Shown here: piece by piece, positions 10,283 through 19,820 of the stretch
Layout of the letters: every line of letters begins with the position of its first letter
Numbering within the stretch: the first letter of the stretch is position 1
NCBI GenBank assembly: GCA_002372315.1
Contig: DFFU01000008.1
Location: 12,014 to 76,013, forward strand
Reading direction: 5' to 3'
DNA: 64,000 nucleotides
From: Alphaproteobacteria bacterium UBA3768
GTDB lineage: Bacteria; Pseudomonadota; Alphaproteobacteria; CAAHEQ01; UBA3637
Translations under genes and position numbers: made by a program
Notes under the pieces: generated by a model
Told to the model about the DNA's origin: nothing
Databases searched by the model: none
What the model saw: only the letters and a program-made list of their open reading frames with translations

Positions 10283-11248
10283 TTATATTTTTTGAATTAC
10301 TTTTTGCATCAATTTGGAAAAAGGATAATCTTTAAAATTTTTGGGATGTACCCATATACCATCAAATTTTGGATGTTCTTCGTGTACAATTTGTAATGTC
10401 AGCTTGATATGCGTAAAAATGTGCGTGACAGTGGTGAATTTTCCTGACAATTTTTCCCCCTCAGTCCACGGAAATTCCCAAAGCCCGTGCAATAACCCTT
10501 TTTCAGTGCGTTGGCGAATTAAATATTCTCCTTGATTATTTTGAATTAAATAGACTTGTCCATACATTTCTTTTTTGTTAATTTTCTTGATTTGGGGAAT
10601 TTGTTCTTGAATGCCTTTTTGTTTTGCAATACAACTTTTTGCCCAAGGACATAAAGCACATTTCGGATGAATGGGGGTACAAACAGTTGCTCCTAAATCC
10701 ATAATCGCACTGGCATAATCAGCTCCATGCTGTTGGCTTGTTAGTTCTTGTGCTAAAGGATATATATCGTTGGCTACTATTTCTTTTGTGATACCATAAA
10801 GGCGCGCAATGACCCGCATCACATTTCCATCCACCACAGTTTCGGGCATATTGTAGGCAAAACAACAAATACTACTGGCCGAATACGGTCCAATCCCTGG
10901 TAGTTTTAATAATTCATCTCTTGTATGGGGTAGTTGTCCATTGTATTTTTGCATTAAAACTTTGGCACATTCATGGATTTTACGGGCACGCGTATAGTAT
11001 CCCATTCCTTGCCACGTTAATAACACCTCATTTAAATCAGCCTTTGCCAAAGATTCAATGCTGGGAAATTTTGTCATCCAACGATTAAAATAATCCATGA
11101 CGGTTGCCACAGTTGTTTGCTGCAGCATAATTTCACTGATCCATACAGCATAAGCATTTGAATGCGCTCCACCTTTGACGCGCCAAGGTAAATCACGTCC
11201 GTTTTTTTGATACCATTTTAATAATTGTTCAGTCAGGTTATGGGGCAT
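10283..11248 (-). CDS. mutY: A/G-specific adenine DNA glycosylase MutY
   Basis: HhH-GPD glycosylase with MutY-like N-terminus (LLKWYQKNGRDLPWR, WISEIMLQQTTV) and a C-terminal NUDIX-like domain. Start chosen at MPHNL, overlapping the end of the clpA-like gene; upstream in-frame ATGs exist. Confidence 0.8.
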   Translation of the reverse strand: MPHNLTEQLLKWYQKNGRDLPWRVKGGAHSNAYAVWISEIMLQQTTVATVMDYFNRWMTKFPSIESLAKADLNEVLLTWQGMGYYTRARKIHECAKVLMQKYNGQLPHTRDELLKLPGIGPYSASSICCFAYNMPETVVDGNVMRVIARLYGITKEIVANDIYPLAQELTSQQHGADYASAIMDLGATVCTPIHPKCALCPWAKSCIAKQKGIQEQIPQIKKINKKEMYGQVYLIQNNQGEYLIRQRTEKGLLHGLWEFPWTEGEKLSGKFTTVTHIFTHIKLTLQIVHEEHPKFDGIWVHPKNFKDYPFSKLMQKVIQKI

Positions 11249-13148
11249 TATTTTGTGAGGTGGGTTCTTCATCTTCAATAATTTCCCGATCTTCTTCGGG
11301 AGGACGAATATCTGGAACAGGGTCCTCGGCTTGTTCTTCGGTTGGGGCGACATCCTCTTCTGGTTCCAACTTTGGTTGCTCAGGAATAGCTTCTTCCATT
11401 TTATTGGATGATTTTGCAAAGACACGCAATTTGCGCCCACTGGGGTCTACTCCTAAGAAAACCTCTTGTCCTGGGTGAATACGTTCTTGCATAATCAACA
11501 TAGAAAGGGGTGTTTCTACTTGTTCTTGAATCAAACGCTTTAAAGCACGTACACCGAACTTTGAGGTAAAAACTTCATCCACGAACCAATCTTTTGCCTT
11601 TTCATCCACTGTCACATTATAATTGATAGCCTTGGCACGCTTTAAAAGTTTTCCCAAATGGATTTCCACAATTTTGCGCAAATGTTCGGGTTTTAATTGA
11701 TGGAAGGACACAATATCATCCAAACGGTTTAAAAATTCAGGACGGAAATATTCGGTGAGTTTTGCCACACGTTGATAGCTGGGTAGGCTTGCCCCAACAT
11801 TGGATGTTAAAATAATAATCGTATTTCTAAAATCCACAGTTACACCCTTACTATCCGTTAAACGTCCTTCATCTAACAATTGCAACATCAAATTTAAAAT
11901 ATCCAAATGGGCTTTTTCAATTTCATCAAACAATACCACTTGGAAAGGCTTTAATCGAATGGCCTCGGTCAATAATCCACCATGTTCAAATCCAGGTGAT
12001 CCTGGTGGAGGACCAATCAAACGTGTGACAGATGAACGTTCCATATATTCGGACATATCAATACGCAATAATGCTGTTTCATCATTAAACATAAAGTCCG
12101 CCAAAGATTTTGCCAATTCTGTTTTACCGACACCAGTTGTACCGACAAATAAGAAAGATCCGATAGGACGATTGGGATCTTGCAAACCGGATCTGGCACG
12201 ACGCAAAGCATTGGCCACCACAATCACAGCATTATCTTGCCCGACCACACGTTCACGCAATAAATCTTCCGCCCGAGCCAAGCGTGCTTTATCGTCCGCA
12301 TCCACTTTTTCAACAGGAATCCCCGTCCAATCTGTAATTGTTCTGAAACAAAAATCTTGGGTCAAAGAATTGGCACTTTCATCCACTTCGCCGCGCGCAA
12401 TATCCATCATCAAAAGGCTGGCAGAATCATCCAATAAATCCAAAGCTTTTTCTGGAAAAGCTCTTTGCTTGACATATCGTCCTGTCAATTGACAAGCGAC
12501 CTTTACCGTTTCATCTGGAATTTGAATGTTATAGTGTTCTTCTAAGGCCCCCTTGCGCGCTGTGCAAATTTGAATACTTTCATCCAGAGTTGGTTCTTCC
12601 AATAACAAGGGTTGTAAATGCGCCATGACGGCGTTATCCTTTTCCAAGTGTCCCACATAACTTAATGTGTCTGTTTCAATCAGACAGTTGACTTGATCTG
12701 AGGTTAAACAAAGCTTTAAAAATTTGGCAGGTTCACGATTTTCTGGATTTGTATCCATGGGAACCAAAAAGCTGATATCTTGTAGATATAAAATCTTTTG
12801 TCCTTGACTGGCAACAACAGTTTGTAAAACATTTTTGACTAATTCTGCATACTCTGTATCGTTTTTGGCTGCCAGCATAATTTTGGCGACATCTAATCCA
12901 ACCACCTCACGCGATTGCATGTATTCTGGTGCATTTTCGGATGCCATAAAAGTAATCAAGCCTTTTAAAAGTGCGCTTTTCCCAATGCCACTGGGCCCTA
13001 CCACAACGGGATTATTTTTGGTATTTCTGAGCAATACATGAATTAAGCGTTCTAATTCTTTTTCACGTCCAACCAGTTCAGGAAATTTACCCGCTTTTGC
13101 ATCAAGCGTATAATTGATCAAATATTGCATATAATCTTGTTCTGCCAT
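11238..13148 (-). CDS. clpA: ClpA/ClpB-family AAA+ chaperone, N-domain-less, with degenerate D1 and an acidic C-terminal tail
   Basis: 636 aa with two AAA+ modules. D1 has VGREKELERLIHVL and GPSGIGKSAL. D2 has GSFLFVGTTGVGKTE, IDMSEYMERS and VVLFDEIEKAH. There is no N-terminal Clp_N domain and no ClpB middle domain. The gene starts directly after the upstream stop. GAGGA RBS. Confidence 0.75.
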   Translation of the reverse strand: MAEQDYMQYLINYTLDAKAGKFPELVGREKELERLIHVLLRNTKNNPVVVGPSGIGKSALLKGLITFMASENAPEYMQSREVVGLDVAKIMLAAKNDTEYAELVKNVLQTVVASQGQKILYLQDISFLVPMDTNPENREPAKFLKLCLTSDQVNCLIETDTLSYVGHLEKDNAVMAHLQPLLLEEPTLDESIQICTARKGALEEHYNIQIPDETVKVACQLTGRYVKQRAFPEKALDLLDDSASLLMMDIARGEVDESANSLTQDFCFRTITDWTGIPVEKVDADDKARLARAEDLLRERVVGQDNAVIVVANALRRARSGLQDPNRPIGSFLFVGTTGVGKTELAKSLADFMFNDETALLRIDMSEYMERSSVTRLIGPPPGSPGFEHGGLLTEAIRLKPFQVVLFDEIEKAHLDILNLMLQLLDEGRLTDSKGVTVDFRNTIIILTSNVGASLPSYQRVAKLTEYFRPEFLNRLDDIVSFHQLKPEHLRKIVEIHLGKLLKRAKAINYNVTVDEKAKDWFVDEVFTSKFGVRALKRLIQEQVETPLSMLIMQERIHPGQEVFLGVDPSGRKLRVFAKSSNKMEEAIPEQPKLEPEEDVAPTEEQAEDPVPDIRPPEEDREIIEDEEPTSQNNAP

Positions 13149-13150
13149 GT

Positions 13151-14200
13151 CTAATCCTCAAATCCAAAATGTTCAAAGGGCTTTGCCTCTTCATACCATT
13201 CTTTTGCTTCCAATAAATCATCATTTTCCAATTCAGCATCCACCAAGGTAATAAAGGCATCATAGTTGCTTCCATACATACCAGCTTTCATATAGGCATC
13301 ATTTTCCTGTCCCCAAATGTAATTTTTGGGATCATCAGGGGTATTATATTTATTAAATAATGCTTTTAAAAATGCCTCTTGTCGATCTCGTTTCCTTTGT
13401 AAATTGACCGCCATAAAGTTCAAAGAATTATCCCCTTTATTCAGATAATTTATTCTCCAAAGACGATTATTAGTGGCGGGTGATGTAAAACTAAACTCAA
13501 TAAAATCACGTGTTTTAGGACGTGCTATTTTTAAATTAGATAAATAGGATGTATCATTTGATCGGCTGATTTTTGAAATACATGCTCTTATTTTTTCGGG
13601 TACATGAATACCTCTGCTTTTACAAAAAGTTTCATATTGAGCCGTTCTAAATTTTGAAATGGTATCTTTGGAAGAAATAATTTTATAATTATTTTCTTGT
13701 GCCAGAGCCAGTACTTCTTCTGGTGTCATGCCCAAATAAAAACCTTCTAATTCAAATCCTCGGACATCTGAAAATCTGCTGGATGAGTAAAGATTTTCGT
13801 TGACAGATACATTCCATAAAGGGGACCCTTGAATGTCAATTGCCTGTGTGCGCATATTAACGGGAACCTTGTGTTGGATGGGTTGTTGTTGTTTTGATGC
13901 TAAATCAATTGTTAATGACGGTAATGGTGGTGGTACCATTTCTAATTGAGTAATGGGTTCGGCATTAGATCCTATGTTTGGTTTTTCTCTATTTTTATTG
14001 CCCAATTTGATGGGTTTGGATGCAGATGTATTTGTTGAGGGTGTTGAAACTTTTTTTAAAACAGGTTTAGGCTGTGATACCTCTTCTGTTGCATCATCTT
14101 CATCTCCAAACAAAGGTATATCAACAACTTGTGCGTGAACAAGGTAAGCATGCATGCATGCTATCAAAAAACACAAAGCAAACCGAATGAAAATTAACAT
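13151..14200 (-). CDS. Hypothetical secreted protein (signal peptide, Pro-rich linker)
   Basis: N-terminal signal-like MLIFIRFALCFLIACMHAYLVHA, then a low-complexity, Pro-rich region and a globular C-terminal half. No recognisable family. Confidence 0.5.
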   Translation of the reverse strand: MLIFIRFALCFLIACMHAYLVHAQVVDIPLFGDEDDATEEVSQPKPVLKKVSTPSTNTSASKPIKLGNKNREKPNIGSNAEPITQLEMVPPPLPSLTIDLASKQQQPIQHKVPVNMRTQAIDIQGSPLWNVSVNENLYSSSRFSDVRGFELEGFYLGMTPEEVLALAQENNYKIISSKDTISKFRTAQYETFCKSRGIHVPEKIRACISKISRSNDTSYLSNLKIARPKTRDFIEFSFTSPATNNRLWRINYLNKGDNSLNFMAVNLQRKRDRQEAFLKALFNKYNTPDDPKNYIWGQENDAYMKAGMYGSNYDAFITLVDAELENDDLLEAKEWYEEAKPFEHFGFED

Positions 14201-14286
14201 TTTTTACTTGACCTTTTTTTTTGTTTTTGATACCCTATCCCTATGTGTACAGTGTGGCCTAAATTTAAAGGAAAATCAAGTAAAAA

Positions 14287-15060
14287 ATGTTAAAAACATA
14301 TACAATGTTTAAAATTGTTTTACTTTCCGCATTATTGATGGGATGCGCCAGTTCTTCAAATGGCCATTTAAATGAAAATCAAGAAAATGATTCATTAGAG
14401 CCGATGAATCGTGTTGTTTTTTCATTCAATGACACATTGGATACTTATCTTTTGCGCCCTGTGGCGAAGGGGTATCGTGCAATTACACCTGAATTTTTTC
14501 GTCAATCTGTGGAAAATTTTTTTGATACATTGAATCAGCCCACTTATCTGATGAATGCCTTGTTACAAGGACAAATGAAAGATGCTGGTTCTATTTTGGG
14601 GCGTACGGGTGTCAATTTGACTTTTGGATTTTTTGGCCTTTTTGATGTGGCGAGTGATGCAGGGATTTCAAACCCGAAAAATGATTTTGGTCAGACTTTG
14701 GCAAAATGGGGATGGCGTGAAGGTGGACCATTTCTAATGCTGCCCTTTTTTGGGCCATCTAATGTGCGTGATACGATTGGTTTTGGTGTGGATGTTGCGG
14801 CAGATCCTGTTTATTGGCGCTTACGTCATAGCAAAGAGTGGGGCTTGATATATGGTGGTTATGCACTTAACAATTTACAAAAACGTGAAAGTATCTTGGA
14901 TTTGACGGATAATTTGAAGAATTCATCCACGGATTATTATGCGGCTATGCGTACTATGTATCGTCAAAATAGACAAAAGAAAATCAATCAAGTTTTACCA
15001 AAGTCAGAGGATGAAGCAAATGCTTATGAATTTGATTTTGAAATAGAGGATGAAGAATAA
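14287..15060 (+). CDS. mlaA: Phospholipid-binding lipoprotein MlaA (VacJ family)
   Basis: Lipobox LLMGC|ASS after a signal peptide. MlaA-like core (RPVAKGYRAITP..., GWREGGPFLMLPFFGPSNVRDT). Confidence 0.75.
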   Translation: MLKTYTMFKIVLLSALLMGCASSSNGHLNENQENDSLEPMNRVVFSFNDTLDTYLLRPVAKGYRAITPEFFRQSVENFFDTLNQPTYLMNALLQGQMKDAGSILGRTGVNLTFGFFGLFDVASDAGISNPKNDFGQTLAKWGWREGGPFLMLPFFGPSNVRDTIGFGVDVAADPVYWRLRHSKEWGLIYGGYALNNLQKRESILDLTDNLKNSSTDYYAAMRTMYRQNRQKKINQVLPKSEDEANAYEFDFEIEDEE

Positions 15061-15073
15061 AAAGGAGGATAAT

Positions 15074-15673
15074 ATGCGTTCTATATTATGTGCTTTAATG
15101 TTGTTTTGCGCAACGCCATCTTTTGCAGCGGCAAATCCGGCTATCGATTTTATGAATGATTTAGCTCAAGAGGTTATTGAACAGGGTATTCAAGGAACAA
15201 CCAGTAATGAACAAAGGGAAGATTTTATTCGCGAAAAGTTTACAAAAGTTTTGGATTTAAAATCTATTGGTCAATTTGTTTTGGGGACTTATTGGAAAAA
15301 AGCGGATGAAGTACAACGAAGGGCCTTTTTGGATGCCTTTACCGAATTGATGACAAAAACATGGTCTGATCGTTTTGGTCTATATACGGGACAACAAGTG
15401 GTGTTTTCGGGAACACGTAACGCACAGCAAAAAAATCAACTGTACGTGGATAGTTCTATTGCTGGAAATCCACCAGTGGAAATCATTTGGCGTATTCGGC
15501 CCAAAGATAAGGGGTATGTCATTATTGATATTGTGATTGAGGATGTTTCAATGGCCATGAGCTATCGCAGTGAATACACCACATTCCTGCAACAACATCA
15601 GGGAAATTTGCAAGTTTTGATTGATGAGTTAAAAAACAAGGCTGAAAACTTTAAGTACTCTGAGAAAAAATAA
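15074..15673 (+). CDS. mlaC: Periplasmic phospholipid-binding protein, MlaC (Ttg2D) family
   Basis: Signal peptide followed by an MlaC-like ~180 aa domain. Directly downstream of mlaA. RBS AAAGGAGGAT before the ATG at 15074. Confidence 0.6.
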   Translation: MRSILCALMLFCATPSFAAANPAIDFMNDLAQEVIEQGIQGTTSNEQREDFIREKFTKVLDLKSIGQFVLGTYWKKADEVQRRAFLDAFTELMTKTWSDRFGLYTGQQVVFSGTRNAQQKNQLYVDSSIAGNPPVEIIWRIRPKDKGYVIIDIVIEDVSMAMSYRSEYTTFLQQHQGNLQVLIDELKNKAENFKYSEKK

Positions 15674-15712
15674 AAAAATCCCCGTCTTATTTTGGCGGGG
15701 ATTAAATTTATT
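15672..15712. terminator. Bidirectional Rho-independent terminator between mlaC and alaS
   Basis: 7-bp stem ATCCCCG/CGGGGAT with an 11-nt loop, flanked by an A-run upstream and a T-rich tract downstream. Confidence 0.6.
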
Positions 15713-17486
15713 TTTCCAAAACGGCTTTAATACGGCGTACCCCAGCAGAAGAGGATTCTTCCTTTTTAATTTTAAAATGCCCTAAATCTCCTGTATTGTT
15801 TGCATGTGGTCCCCCGCATACTTCTTTGGAAAAATCACCCATCGTATAGACTTTTACTAATTCAGCATCATAGCGATCCTTAAACAGGGCAGTAGCGCCA
15901 GATTCAATAGCCTTATCCAACGGCATTTCTTCGCAGGTAATCGGCATTTTTTTATTGATCGCCTCGTTCACCAAATCTTCCACTTGCTTGATTTCTTCGG
16001 GTGTCATCTTGCGCCCAAAGGAAAAGTCAAAACGTAAGCGTTCTGGTGTGATGTTGCTACCCTTTTGGGCGACTTCATCACCCAACACTTTGCGCAAAGC
16101 AGCGTGCAAAAGATGTGTTGCTGAATGCAAATTTGTGGTTTCCACCGAATGATCACTCAATCCGCATTTAAATTTTTGCTCAGAGCCAGCACGGGATAAA
16201 GCCTGATGCGCTTCAAAGCATTTATTAAAGCCCTCTACATCTACACTCAGGCCATTTTCTATGGCAATTTCTTGGGTAAATTCCAATGGAAAACCATAGG
16301 TATCATACAAATGGAAAGCCGTTTGCCCATCAATGGTTTTGTCCTTTAAATTTGATATCACTTTATCCATTTCTTTCAGGCCCGTTGTCAAAGTACGACT
16401 AAACAATTTTTCTTCTTTAGTCAGCTCATCCAAAATAAAGTTTTTATTGCGACCCAATTCAGGATAATCTGACGCATAGCGGTCAATGACGGTTTTGGCT
16501 AAATTGGGCAGTTCATTGGATTCAATGCCCAACTTTTTCATATTGCGAATGGCAATACGAATCAATCGGCGCAAAATATAACCTTGATCAGTATTGGAAG
16601 GCGTCAACCCCCGATCATCGCCCAAGATAAATACGCTGGCGCGCAAATGATCTGCAATTTTACGGAAAGCTTTTAAATCGCTTTCATATTTTCTGCCTGA
16701 TAAATTTTCCAGTTGTTGAATGGTATCAGAAAACATTTCTGTGGAATACACATCCTGAATGCCATTTAAGAAGCATAAAGTACGTTCTAAGCCCATTCCA
16801 GTATCTACATTTTTTTGTGCTAATAATTCGTATTTACCATCAGCTGTTTTATTGTATTGCATAAACACATCATTCCAAATTTCTGTATATTTACCACAAT
16901 GACAACCAGGCTTGCAATCTGGACAACACTTAGGTTGACCATTATCAATAAACATTTCGGTATCTGGTCCGCAAGGGCCAGTTTGACCCGCAGGTCCCCA
17001 CCAATTATCTTCTTTTCCACAGAAGAATATTTGATCATCGCGCAAACCTTGTTCTTTCCAATAACCAGCCGTTTCTTCGTCACGAGGAGCATTTTCATCG
17101 CCTGCAAAACACGTAACTGCTAACTGCTCTTTTTTAAAGCCCAGTTTTTGGGTTAAAAACTCAAAACTCCAAGCCACCATTTCTTTTTTAAAATAATCGC
17201 CCAAAGACCAGTTGCCCATCATCTGAAAAAAGGTCAAATGACTGGTATCTCCAACATCTGAAATATCATTGGTACGAACACATTTTTGAATATCAGTCAG
17301 GCGTGTTCCCGCGGGGTGTTTTTGTCCCATCAGATAAGGAATTAATGGTTGCATTCCTGCTGTGGTAAACAACACTGTTGGGTCATTTTCGGGTAGTACC
17401 GAGGCCGATGGAATTTCGGTGTGTCCCTTTGATTTAAAAAAGTCTAACCAAAGATTTCTTAATTCGTGATAGGTAAATGGCATTTT
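15708..17486 (-). CDS. alaS: Alanine--tRNA ligase, short form lacking the C-terminal Ala domain
   Basis: N-terminal class II core (FLDFFKSKGHTEIPSASVLPENDPTVLFTTAGM, KCVRTNDI). Editing-domain metal motifs HSATHLLH and CGGPH near the C-terminus. Start ATG at 17486 has AAAGGAG. Protein is ~592 aa against ~870 aa for canonical AlaRS. Confidence 0.85.
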   Translation of the reverse strand, partial: KMPFTYHELRNLWLDFFKSKGHTEIPSASVLPENDPTVLFTTAGMQPLIPYLMGQKHPAGTRLTDIQKCVRTNDISDVGDTSHLTFFQMMGNWSLGDYFKKEMVAWSFEFLTQKLGFKKEQLAVTCFAGDENAPRDEETAGYWKEQGLRDDQIFFCGKEDNWWGPAGQTGPCGPDTEMFIDNGQPKCCPDCKPGCHCGKYTEIWNDVFMQYNKTADGKYELLAQKNVDTGMGLERTLCFLNGIQDVYSTEMFSDTIQQLENLSGRKYESDLKAFRKIADHLRASVFILGDDRGLTPSNTDQGYILRRLIRIAIRNMKKLGIESNELPNLAKTVIDRYASDYPELGRNKNFILDELTKEEKLFSRTLTTGLKEMDKVISNLKDKTIDGQTAFHLYDTYGFPLEFTQEIAIENGLSVDVEGFNKCFEAHQALSRAGSEQKFKCGLSDHSVETTNLHSATHLLHAALRKVLGDEVAQKGSNITPERLRFDFSFGRKMTPEEIKQVEDLVNEAINKKMPITCEEMPLDKAIESGATALFKDRYDAELVKVYTMGDFSKEVCGGPHANNTGDLGHFKIKKEESSSAGVRRIKAVLEK

Positions 17487-17545
17487 TTTCTCCTTTGATA
17501 ATGGGGCGAAGTATATCAAAAATTTTCCCAAAAGTCAAGAATTTG

Positions 17546-17574
17546 AAAAAGCGCTTGACTTTTGGATAGAAAAT
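17546..17574 (+). promoter_or_regulatory. Sigma70-type promoter upstream of rpsT
   Basis: TTGACT, 17-nt spacer, TATAAT. Confidence 0.5.
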
Positions 17575-17617
17575 GCGTATAATGCTTCTTGTTATTTAAC
17601 TTTTTTGGAGTATAAAC

Positions 17618-17890
17618 ATGGCAAATTTAAAATCAGCTAAAACACGCGTAAAGCGCAATCAAAAACGTGAAGCAATCAATGCCAAAAGATTGAATGCGAC
17701 ACGTACAGCCGTTAAACAAACACGTGCTGCAATTGCGAAGGGTGATAAAGAGGCAGCTACAAAGTCTTTCCGTCAAGCGGAATCTTCTTTGGCGAAAGCA
17801 AAAAATAAGCGCACTATTAAAGCCAATACAATGGCTCGTCAGGTGTCTCGCTTAGCTCAAGCGTTAAAAGCCTTAGTTGGTAAAAAATAA
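17618..17890 (+). CDS. rpsT: 30S ribosomal protein S20
   Basis: 90 aa, MANLKSAKTRVKRNQKRE..., typical S20. Confidence 0.9.
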   Translation: MANLKSAKTRVKRNQKREAINAKRLNATRTAVKQTRAAIAKGDKEAATKSFRQAESSLAKAKNKRTIKANTMARQVSRLAQALKALVGKK

Positions 17891-17973
17891 AATTTTTTAT
17901 CTTTAAATGAGGGGCCCCTATTATGGGGGCCTTTTTCGTTGACTTTTGGATGATAAAATGGTAAAATGAAATT

Positions 17974-18450
17974 ATGAAAACAACTTTAATTACATCTGGT
18001 AATGTTGCCACCAATCGCAAAGCCCATTTCCATTATACGATTTTGGATACTTATGAGGCTGGTTTGATTTTGACAGGTGGTGAGGTGAAATCATTGCGTA
18101 TGGGGCATGCCAGCATTGGTGAAAGTTATGTCAGTCCTGATCATGGTGAATTAGTGCTCGTTAATGCTCGGATAGAGGAATATTCAGCAAGTCGTGGTTT
18201 TGTGGAAGAAAAAGCCACACGTCCGCGCAAACTTTTGCTCCACCAAAAAGAGCTTTCAAAACTCTTGCGCGAAGTGGCTCAGAAAGGTAAAACCATTGTT
18301 CCTTTGGATTTATACTTTAATGCACGGGGAATTGCTAAATTGAAAATTGCATTGGCTCAAGGTAAGACCTATGCCGATAAGCGTGAAACAATAAAACAAC
18401 GCGATTGGCAACGTGATAAACAGCGTATTATGGCGCATTATAATCAATAA
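17974..18450 (+). CDS. smpB: SsrA-binding protein
   Basis: 158 aa with SmpB signature (KTIVPLDLYFNARGIAKLKIALAQGK, basic C-tail). Confidence 0.9.
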   Translation: MKTTLITSGNVATNRKAHFHYTILDTYEAGLILTGGEVKSLRMGHASIGESYVSPDHGELVLVNARIEEYSASRGFVEEKATRPRKLLLHQKELSKLLREVAQKGKTIVPLDLYFNARGIAKLKIALAQGKTYADKRETIKQRDWQRDKQRIMAHYNQ

Positions 18451-19401
18451 TTATTTTTGTTTCTTGTGACGTGTGATTGCTTTTGATTTTTGTACTATTT
18501 TGGATTGATTTTGTTCCAACCAAACAATAACTTTGGCCGAAAAGGTAGCCTGCAAAAGGCACATGTAAACTGTCACAGCGATGATGATTAACAAGCATAA
18601 AGCAATCAGAACATGGGGATAGGAAATTTTTAAAGCTAATAAAAAGCCTTCTGCAAATGCGCCAATTGTTATAATCCAACCATAAAACGTTTGTAACAAT
18701 ACATTGACAGCATACGCAAAAACCATACATAATGCGACAGCGATAAAAAAGCGTCCTTTATATTGTTTGACATACTTGTAATTTTCATACCACTGAAAAA
18801 TGGTACGTGTTTTTAAAGATTTTAAGAAACGAAAACCTGCTACCCATGTATTAACCGCTATCCACAACAATATTGCTAAATCTATTAAAGCTGTAATAAT
18901 CCATAAAAAACCCCTAAATAGGCTAGGCAGATATGAACCAATGATGAGCATTCCTAGGGGTAAAATAATTAGCATCATAATACATAGTATGGCATAGATA
19001 AAACACCAAAAAAAATAAAAAATATTTTTTAAGGCTCCTGATAAAATTTGGCCATGATTCAAAGAAATTGATTTAAAATCAAAAATGTCCCCTTGACTTT
19101 GTATAATTGTGTATTGCCACATAAGGGTGTAGCCTGAAAATAAAAGCACAGTGAAAAATATCCCAATAATAGTGTTGAGGTGGATATTTATATTTTGTGT
19201 AATAAACCAATCATAAAGTATATTTTTTAATTGGGCATCTGATGAAATATTGCTAAAAGTGTCCACGTGTGCATAGACAAATTTAAAGAATGATGTAATG
19301 AAAGGGATGGCCAATAAAATTGGCAAGCAAAGTGCGCAGGCCAACAAGAACCGTTCCTTAAATGGTGTCTTAAAAAAAGATTCAATAACAGAACGATTCA
19401 T
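18451..19401 (-). CDS. Hypothetical polytopic inner-membrane protein
   Basis: 316 aa with about 7-8 hydrophobic helices and no recognisable motif. Confidence 0.5.
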   Translation of the reverse strand: MNRSVIESFFKTPFKERFLLACALCLPILLAIPFITSFFKFVYAHVDTFSNISSDAQLKNILYDWFITQNINIHLNTIIGIFFTVLLFSGYTLMWQYTIIQSQGDIFDFKSISLNHGQILSGALKNIFYFFWCFIYAILCIMMLIILPLGMLIIGSYLPSLFRGFLWIITALIDLAILLWIAVNTWVAGFRFLKSLKTRTIFQWYENYKYVKQYKGRFFIAVALCMVFAYAVNVLLQTFYGWIITIGAFAEGFLLALKISYPHVLIALCLLIIIAVTVYMCLLQATFSAKVIVWLEQNQSKIVQKSKAITRHKKQK

Positions 19402-19424
19402 GTTTGACCTTCTTATTTAATTTA

Positions 19425-19736
19425 TTACTTTTTTGTGGGCATGCAGTACAAAATAAGCAGTACTATGGCACCCACAAGAGGAATAAGCCCTATCAACAGT
19501 AACCATGGATTAAATCCAGCATCACGTAAGCGCCTAACTGCCACTGCCAATGAAGGTAATAAAACTGCCAAGCCATACAAAATAGATAATACATCTGTTC
19601 CGATAAGCCCCCCGATGAATCCAATCAAAATGCTGACGATGCAGTTTGCCAATACGAACCACCAAAATTCAGAACGTGTGGCACGACCAGAAAATTCAAC
19701 GTATTTTTTTAATACAGTTACATAATTTTGAAACAT
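19425..19736 (-). CDS. DUF805 (YhaH-like) inner-membrane protein
   Basis: FSGRATRSEFWWF motif followed by hydrophobic helices. Confidence 0.7.
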   Translation of the reverse strand: MFQNYVTVLKKYVEFSGRATRSEFWWFVLANCIVSILIGFIGGLIGTDVLSILYGLAVLLPSLAVAVRRLRDAGFNPWLLLIGLIPLVGAIVLLILYCMPTKK

Positions 19737-19820
19737 ATTTTCTCCTCTCGTATTTTCAGAAGGTTGATTCCTTCTTGAAATAAATCTTACTGATAAAATA
19801 TATAAAATGCAAGCAAAAAA

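Noticed and set aside
11800-12492. 230-aa Ser-rich ORF, and other 60-180 aa ORFs antisense to clpA-like, ileS, lon, hydB, alaS and lptD (e.g. 34022-34561, 34159-34485, 50017-50481, 16820-17123, 4441-5445).
   Set aside because: All are embedded antisense within strongly supported long genes. They have low-complexity translations and no RBS, and are typical frame noise.
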